A stretch of 64,000 nucleotides of DNA from Paraspadella gotoi (lineage: Eukaryota; Animalia; Chaetognatha), in contig CM119263.1 of NCBI GenBank assembly GCA_051294375.1, positions 19,868,115 through 19,932,114 on the forward strand, in the 5' to 3' direction. The position numbers were made by a program, and so were the translations under genes. Positions 56,901 through 64,000 of this stretch are shown here, piece after piece (the stretch's first letter is position 1; every line of letters begins with the position of its first letter). The notes beneath the pieces are model-generated. The model was not told the DNA's origin, ran no database searches, and saw only the letters and a list, made by a program, of their open reading frames with translations.

Positions 56901-58006
56901 AATGACTTGCCTCCGGCACCAATGGCCTTTGATGAACGGTTGGTAGATTTTCTTCCACCATATACTTTACAATTTAAAAATAATATTCTGTTACATCTAT
57001 AGCATCAATATATTTTTAATATTACTCTTTTTTTGATATATGAATTAAGATTCATACCTGAATCTATCCTAATAGAAATAATGCAATAACCATTTGACAT
57101 GAGACTGAGAAAACGCAGGGATTTTTAATAGTATTGGTTAAACTCAAAAAGTAATAAAAAAAAAACCGGAAATAAATATAAATAAAAAGTATAAATATAA
57201 AAAAGATAAAAATGAAAGAAACCTTTTTTTTGGACAACATATTTTTTTTTACATGGAACTCCTGTATTTTTTGTCATACATAAATGAATGGATAATTTTT
57301 ATATTGGTTGTACCAATTTCATAAATGAGACACAGCTTATATGAATCATAAAAGGCCAAAGTTTCTTGATATTTAAATTTTATTTTTCGATTCTTACATT
57401 AATATTCCAAAAAATAACTGGAAAGTAACCGCGACACTTTTTTTTCCATCATGGTAATCTCAAAGTTTATACTATTCTTATTTCAGATCTATATATTTTT
57501 TTATATTTTTCATAGATATATGATTGGACGACTAATTATACATTGGAATATGGAATGCTGAAAGACCAAAAAAACACCACAGCTAATCCATCTTTTGACG
57601 CATATGATATGAATTTTGTTCCATTTACAACAAGGTACGTAATATCCTGGGTATCATGATTAAATTCAACGCAAACTATCAGCTTAATATTGCTCATAAG
57701 GATAATCATAATGTTTATAATTATATGTAGTACCCTTGATGGCGTCACATTTATGCTCCTTCCTCACTCTACAGAGACGTAGACAACGACCTAAATTCAA
57801 CGGTAAACTGCGCCAAAAGCACTTTTGAACCTGGGGGTGGGGGTGGCTCGGGTGGTTGGTGGTTTTCAATTTGTGGAAGCCAAGTTTCCTCATTCGTTTG
57901 CTTAAACTGCAACCGTCTAGAAGACGAGTCCGGTATTCTTAAGGTCTCTGGAGTCGAGTATCTCGTCAAAGCGACGGAGATGCTACTTCGACCAGCTCCT
58001 GCTTAG
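53951..58006 (+). CDS. Secreted fibrinogen-related domain (FReD/angiopoietin-like) protein: signal peptide, coiled coil, Thr-rich mucin-like stalk, C-terminal fibrinogen domain (~606 aa)
   Basis: GT-AG exons with consistent phases: 53951-54064, 54238-54264, 54401-54618, 54850-55103, 55177-55931, 56069-56170, 57516-57634, 57775-58006 (TAG); 1821 nt. Hydrophobic N-terminus MEIFSAYLLFVYIWFAS. FBG motifs YCDFETSTDDGTWLRFQRH, WDDYVEGFGD..GEFWLGLENLYQ, FTTRDVDND..NCA, GGWWFSIC, ATEMLLRP. AATAAA at ~58040. Confidence 0.9.
56232..57454. mobile_element. Non-autonomous TIR DNA transposon (MITE-like, Tc1/mariner-type TA target duplication) in FReD intron 6
   Basis: 28-bp TIRs ccatgatggaaaaaaaagt(t/g)tcgcggtt with 1 mismatch, flanked by TA at 56230-31 and 57455-56. 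No transposase ORF. Confidence 0.8.
56760..56962 (-). mobile_element. tRNA-derived SINE-like repeat (family 1), nested in the MITE; partial second copy at 42003-42080 (+)
   Basis: The minus strand reads ggccattggtgccggaggcaagtcattcgcctcccaacccaaaggtccggggttttagccc, with A/B-box-like motifs and a tRNA-Gly-like loop. The ~78 bp at 42003-42080 is nearly identical. Confidence 0.6.
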
Positions 58007-59600
58007 GGGTTTCAGTTTTTAAATTATTGTTCTTTTGAAAATAAAATAAGAAAATGCATTGGTTCATGTTCACTAGTACATAGAAATACGTCAGAAGTTG
58101 AGTGAAAGATATTTTTTTTTCAAACTGAAATTTATAGATTTTATGATTATCATATCATTTTTTAATGCTGTTTGAGTACATGTCTATATACTGATTTAGT
58201 GAACAGAATCCATTTTATTTTTGGAGAAGTGAATAGAATTAGAAGTGATTTCTTTAAAAAGAAAGAAAGAAAAAAAAATCATATACAACTTTTGTCCCCT
58301 CAAAAAGTTATCCATTCCCACCCCTTTCTGTTCAGCCTATTAGATATTATGATTTTTCATTAATGACTTTCTAACAGGAATGATGTGTGATATCTATTAG
58401 AAAACTAGGACAGATTGTAATCTAACCTTGTGTTGTATAGATGCTTCCTCTATTTCCAGAAGATAACAATGACTTCCCCTTCCCAAAATGAGTTGTTAGA
58501 TATAATGATAAGTAACAATTTTTTAAAGAAAACAATACATATATTTAAAGAATATAGATTAAAAAGTAAATCTTTCATAAAATATAAAAATAGAAAATAG
58601 TGAAACAAGTAATTTGAAAATTTTCATATTAATGAAAAATGAAACAAAACCATTTAAATATCCATAATTTCGGGCCATTGACATTTCTTTGATGGCAAAA
58701 AAAATAGGCGCACAAACAAAACTTACTACATACCTTTTCATCAAATTCTGAATATCTACGACTAGTATAGTATGCACTATCTACCAAGAATGGAGTAATG
58801 AGTAATGTTTAACTTTTAACTACCCGAGGAAGAAAAAGAAGAAGTCTTTTATTTTATTCTCTCTTTGCGATGGATGCCGCTTTTAATGAGAAAATGGCGG
58901 ATAAAGATGTCGCCGGCTCTGGGATTCTTTAGCTCTTCCACTCTTCCTCCTTTTGTTGAATAATGCTTGGATGTTCCTCACTTGAATGACTGCAACTTCT
59001 CCAGCGTTGCTCGTGCAATTTGGCCGTATATTTTTCTCGTAAAAAATTGTATTTACTTTGGTTTCTTATTAGATTAGCACAAATTCTTGTTATATATTTA
59101 CATGGATTCAGTTTATTTACATGAACATGAACATCTAAAAAGCAAGACACTGTTGACTTTATTAACTACATGAAGACCGTCTTAAATGCAAAGCAACGTG
59201 GCCTAATCATCGTCACACATTGTTTGAGGATCAAATCGTCGTGTCGTTTGTCCAAAGAACTCAGAACTGAGAAGTTGCTCAACGCCTAATTCTGATTATA
59301 AAAGTGAATGATTATAATTAATGTGTACAGCCACTGGTTTGGCGTCTCACATAAATCTGACAAGCTAATCACGAGTTGTTCGCCGATTATCCTCTGGCTT
59401 GTAACATGCGTATTTTTTCATATTTGTCGTTTTGAAAAATTTTGCTCTTTTAAATTTCATTTTTTACTTTCAGGCAAAGTCGGAAATAAAAACTAGTTAG
59501 AAAAAAAATTACGTAGTTCCACTCGTTTTTGGACGGTGATACGTTAGTTCATTTCTTTCGTCAATTCCCAAACCCCCTCTTGGGGCCTTGAAGTTGCCTG

Positions 59601-62600
59601 ATGGATTTACTTGAACTTGAGCCGGCCGAAGAAGAGGCCGAATTCTTAGCCGAGTTGGATTCTGATGAGAATTTTGATTCCCAACCTAACGAGAATATTT
59701 TCAACCCCGCACCATCTTTGGGCGATGAACTTTCACTTGATAAATCTAGGGTCGATGCCCAAGCGCCGAACCCGCCGCCGGCACCGCATGAAGTACAAGG
59801 CGTTACTGAAATTAGGCAAGAGCTCCTCATAGATGAAATATTTAAAGATGCTGGCCTCTTGGAGGAAGTGTTTGGAGAAGGGACTCAAACAAGGCATTCT
59901 TCCCCTTTTCCTTCCGAGTTACCTCTAGGTTAGTCAATAGTGGATTAAAGAGCGAAAATCTGATTTGTCACCAAATATTTATAAATTACTATATTCTCTT
60001 GCATCTCTAACATGACTTTCACGACTCTTTCAGATTTTAATACTTCTGCTCCTCGTCGTCCTGCCAACCATAACTTTATCCCACGATCAATGCCGATTAA
60101 GCGCCGCTTCGCGCCCACGGGCAAGGAGATTAGCGTTGGGGAAGTTGAGGACAAAGATTTTTGGCGCTTCACTAATAAAAATTGTGGTTTTAACGACGCA
60201 ACGAATGGAGCTTTAAGCAGCGACGAGGAGGAAAATTACCAAGGTCAAGAGGAAATTAGTAATTTTTTTATAAAATATATATATTAATAGTTAAACTTAA
60301 CGATTAAAATTAAAATCTTAAAATTTTATTCTTATAGAATTTTTACCTTAAAAATCTGTTATTTTAAAAATCTGACATTTTGTAACTTTTTTTTAAATAG
60401 CCATCGTGAATATTCTTACATAATGTTAAATTAATACAATAAATTAATGTACTGCTTTACCGTTTCCAGATTTTCTCCAGAAGCAATGTCTCCCATGGCA
60501 AATGCGTACGGAAAACTCAGAGCCAGAGGTTTGATATCATTTTATGAGTCCATATAAAACTATCAATTTTAAATTTATTTTAAATCTCCTTTAGATAGAT
60601 CAACTTCTCAGTACGTCAAACATGGATATCCCATTATGGAAGCAGCCTCAAACTACGCCTCGACTTCTTTCCGATGGCTTTACACTTCCTGCTCCGGAAA
60701 ACTACAAAATTCCTCGGAATCACATCTCTTTCTCTCCACCGAGACCAAACAAGGGGATTCGGGATGTCGCCTTAATTAGAGAGCGACCACTTTCTTACGC
60801 TGTGCCAACAAAACAACGAGAATTACCGCCCGTCAGAAGCGAGAAAAGTAACGACGTGCAGGATGACCATTTCTCTCAAGAAGAGATGGAAGCTCGATTG
60901 GAGAAAACTCCGCCGGCTTCACCTTCTCCGTCGCATGGCGACCGTGTTTGGACGCCGGAGGAAGAATTTCTCCTAACGAGTCCTACTGCCAAACGTCCTC
61001 GATGCCAACCTCTATCCCCGATATCAAAGGCGGACGCCAACGAAATCTTAGATTCTACTTGTCCTTTAAAACAAAATTCTACAACGGAGCATCAGGACCT
61101 ATCACTACTTTTAAAAAATCAAATAACCAAGGCATTCGCTTACATATTTGAGCCCAATGATCCTGACCTGGAGATAAAACCAAACTACTTACAGTTCAAG
61201 GAATTGCGACACGAATGCACAAATTGTGAGTGCAAGAAATCTACGAAGGACAGCTCTCCCATTACAGTTAACGTATTTTCATCCATTACGTTTTGGATCC
61301 CAAAAAAAGATGTATCCTATATTAAGAAGGAAGAGGAGAAAGTTGAATTACCAAATATTAAAAATGAAAAGTCGCTAATTCAAAAAATAGTAAGCCCACA
61401 AAAAGACAAAATTCCAATTATTATGATAGATTCCGATACAGAGCCAGAAGAAGAAACGGAAAATCCTCAAGCACCGCTCACTCTCGACAGTGACAGCGAA
61501 GTCGAAATTTTAGGAAGTCCTATTATCGCGAAATCTTCCGATAAAAGTAATTTACTAAAAGAAATAGGTATGTTACCGTTACCGGCGACAGCCGATAAAG
61601 ATTTAACGAGCAGAATAAAAGGCTACACCAAAATCTGCCTGCAAACAACAGTTTTTGAGGGTTCAAACTCGGATAGATTCCAAGCCTACACAATTCAAGA
61701 ATCAACATTTCATCAATTCTTGGCTTTAGATCCCAAGTTAAAATTAACTCCACGTGTCGATCTTTGCCGAAGTAAATGCTGTCCTTTAGTAAACAAGAAA
61801 AGTGATACAAAAACAAAATGTCGAGAAGTGCTCCAACTGGAAAAGATGGAAGTATCTTTGAAATGGCCTTCAGGCAGAACACGTTCATCTAAAACATCGC
61901 AAACATTAAAGGAGAAAGAACTTCTTAAAACGAACGATGCATCAGAAATTCATAATAAAACTGACAACTACAAAAAACATCAGCTCGATCGTGCATTTAA
62001 ACGAGGTTTGCCGAAACCATTTAGAAACCATAAAATCTCAATTATTAAGAAGGATTCACTTTGTGTGGAAAGTTCATTACGGTCACCAACCCATTCAAAC
62101 AATCTTAATTCAGATGCCCGAGCTGCCTCCTCCAATGTCGTTTCATATTCCCAGTCAAAACCTAAAAGCGATAAGACTTCCACGAGCTCGTTGAAGACTT
62201 TGAGCAAAAGTGTTAAAACTTCCAATCAGCAGGATATTCGAGTTATTGAACATGAGGACGATATTTTCGAAGAAGTTCCTAGGGATCCTTTGGCCATATT
62301 TTCTGAAAATCTCGAAGATGATTCCGATCACGAAGGAACCTTACGTATAGACACTACAGATGAAAGTGAAACGGCACAAAACTTAGAGCCCGAGATTAAA
62401 ATCGAGCATAACCAAAAGAAGTCCAACTCACAAGTGATCATTACTTCAAGTTTAGATAAATGTGATTTTTGCAGTGACCAGGTAATTTACGACGATGCTT
62501 CTCTATTGAAAGAACACATTCAGCAAATTCACCCTTTTCGTTGCAAATTCTGCTTCTTAGATTTTAAAGACGCCGATGAACGTTACACCCATTTAATACA

Positions 62601-63246
62601 TTGCGTTGAGTATATGAAAGGGCGTAAAGTTTGCTCTTTTTGTGAAACCATCCGTTTTGATAAGCCGATTTCAAAAGAAAGGCATGAAAATACCAAACAC
62701 CATAAAAAGTTGCGTCGTCTCACTAATGATGCATATTGGAAAGGGGTCAACGATATGGGCAATAAATATCGTAAGTATGGCTTATACATTGACCCCTTAC
62801 ACGCCACACAGGATACCGAGCTCGGACACGCTCTCGATGCTTCACCCGATCCCTCTCGCGATGCCTCGCTCGAGGCCCCTCGCGATGCCTCGCTCGAGGC
62901 CCCTCGCGATGCCTCGCTCGAGGCCCCTCGCGATGCCTCGCTCGAGGCCCCTCGCGATGCCTCGCTCGAGGCCCCTCGCGATGCCTCTAGTGATGTCTCA
63001 CGCGATCCCCCTCGCAATGCCTCGCTCGACTGCGCAACTGATGTCGCACTGAATAGTGCTTTAAATACAGCACTAGAAACCACTCTCAATTCCACACAAT
63101 TTACTGAACTAAATGCTATGAACCAAACCGAACAAGAGAGCAACCACATAACCACTAACGATTCTGTGATCGTCAACATGAATTCTGTTGAAGTGCTACT
63201 GCCCGACTTTGCATCGGGTTTTAGAGAATTTGATTATAATTTATAA
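59601..63246 (+). CDS. C2H2-type zinc-finger protein with long acidic/low-complexity N-terminal region (~1080 aa)
   Basis: Probable exons 59601-59928, 60034-60243, 60470-60528 and 60595-63246; the last contains the 874-aa ORF. An alternative acceptor pair (60481 and 60599) also keeps frame. Three tandem fingers: CDFC..LKEHIQQIH, CKFC..RYTHLIHC, CSFC..KERHENTKH. Confidence 0.8.
62850..63030 (+). repeat. 24-bp coding minisatellite (ccctcgcgatgcctcgctcgaggc; PRDASLEA) in the zinc-finger gene
   Basis: About 5 near-perfect units plus degenerate flanks, visible in DNA and protein. Confidence 0.95.
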
Positions 63247-63457
63247 ATTTGTATAATCCTAATACATTTTTGATTGTTTTATCCTGAAATTTTTCCAGTT
63301 ACTTTCCAAGTCTTATTATCAACATGCAACACCTAAAAAGGTTTTTTGTTTTTCATGATTTGATATTTCGTTAACTTTTTCAGTCGAATCAAATATTTTT
63401 TAAAAGAACCGAGACTTTCGCTGTGATTCTTTTACGTCAACAAACTCTTTATGAACA

Positions 63458-64000
63458 ATGACGTCTCTTCGCCAAACGCCATTAACCTGTTCCGGTCACA
63501 CGAGACCTATTACGAATCTCTCCTTCAGCGAAATTACTGAGCATGGTTATTTCTTGATATCAGCCTGCAAAGATGGAAAACCCATGCTACGACAGGTGAG
63601 TACAATTGAAATACATCAATTAATCTGGTTCATTGTGATTTCTTAGTCCCTGACGAGATTTTTAGTAAGCCCAGTTTGTTTGTGTTGTTGTTTTTGTTAA
63701 GTTTAGTCACTTGCGTTATTATAACAAGTTTCGTAAATAATTAGATAAATTAAAATTATTGATTTCAAATATATTTTGTAATTACATTGTGTACCCAGGG
63801 CGACACCGGAGATTGGATAGGGACTTTCGAGGGACACAAAGGCGCAGTTTGGTCGTCAGCTCTCAACCGTGACGCCACTAAAGCGGCAACAGGTCAGGCG
63901 TCAGTTTGATCTGGTTTCAACGAGATAAATATTTTTAAATTTTTTTCCCTCTCTCCCGAATGTAATCCAGGAGCGGCGGACTTTTCTGTGAAGCTTTGGG
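63458..64000 (+). CDS. STRAP: Serine-threonine kinase receptor-associated protein (STRAP/UNRIP, WD40), 3' truncated by window end
   Basis: Exons 63458-63595, 63799-63892, 63971->64000 give [17 protein letters not shown]...[35 protein letters not shown]...[15 protein letters not shown], the characteristic STRAP N-terminus. Confidence 0.95.

Noticed and set aside
56855-56930. tRNA gene candidates (also 29760-29827 and 48825-48890)
   Set aside because: Degenerate boxes, no complete cloverleaf, and attached to longer repeated bodies, so treated as SINE-like heads.
58750-59420. Possible small minus-strand gene between the FReD and zinc-finger genes
   Set aside because: Splice-like signals are present, but every frame I tried closes early and no motif is recognisable.
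62583-63179. 198-aa antisense ORF and 136-aa alternative-frame ORF
   Set aside because: Shadows of the stop-free 24-bp repeat in the zinc-finger exon.

Overview
Eukaryotic, invertebrate-animal-like genomic DNA: AT-rich, spliceosomal introns, abundant (AG)n microsatellites and six N-gaps. The first ~39 kb is not unique sequence. About 16 kb is present 2-3 times as nested giant inverted and direct repeats: 1-2833/7221-10040; 7221-15112/15311-23388; 23992-28191/31750-35500; 1-3420=20546-23985; 15138-18390=35500-38808. The copies differ mainly by small indels and fold at or next to 25-N gaps. A long-read gap-filling or amplification-chimera artefact is therefore more likely than a real DUP-TRP/INV-DUP, though the sequence alone cannot decide. 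The remaining ~25 kb holds four + strand multi-exon genes. These are a PDE1-family Ca2+/calmodulin phosphodiesterase (5' end not found, one GC-AG intron), a secreted coiled-coil/mucin/fibrinogen-domain protein, a ~1080-aa C2H2 zinc-finger protein, and the start of STRAP only 211 bp further on. There are also DINE-1/Helentron-like elements, a TA-TSD MITE and three tRNA-derived SINE-like families. I found no confidently novel system; the best leads are in the findings.
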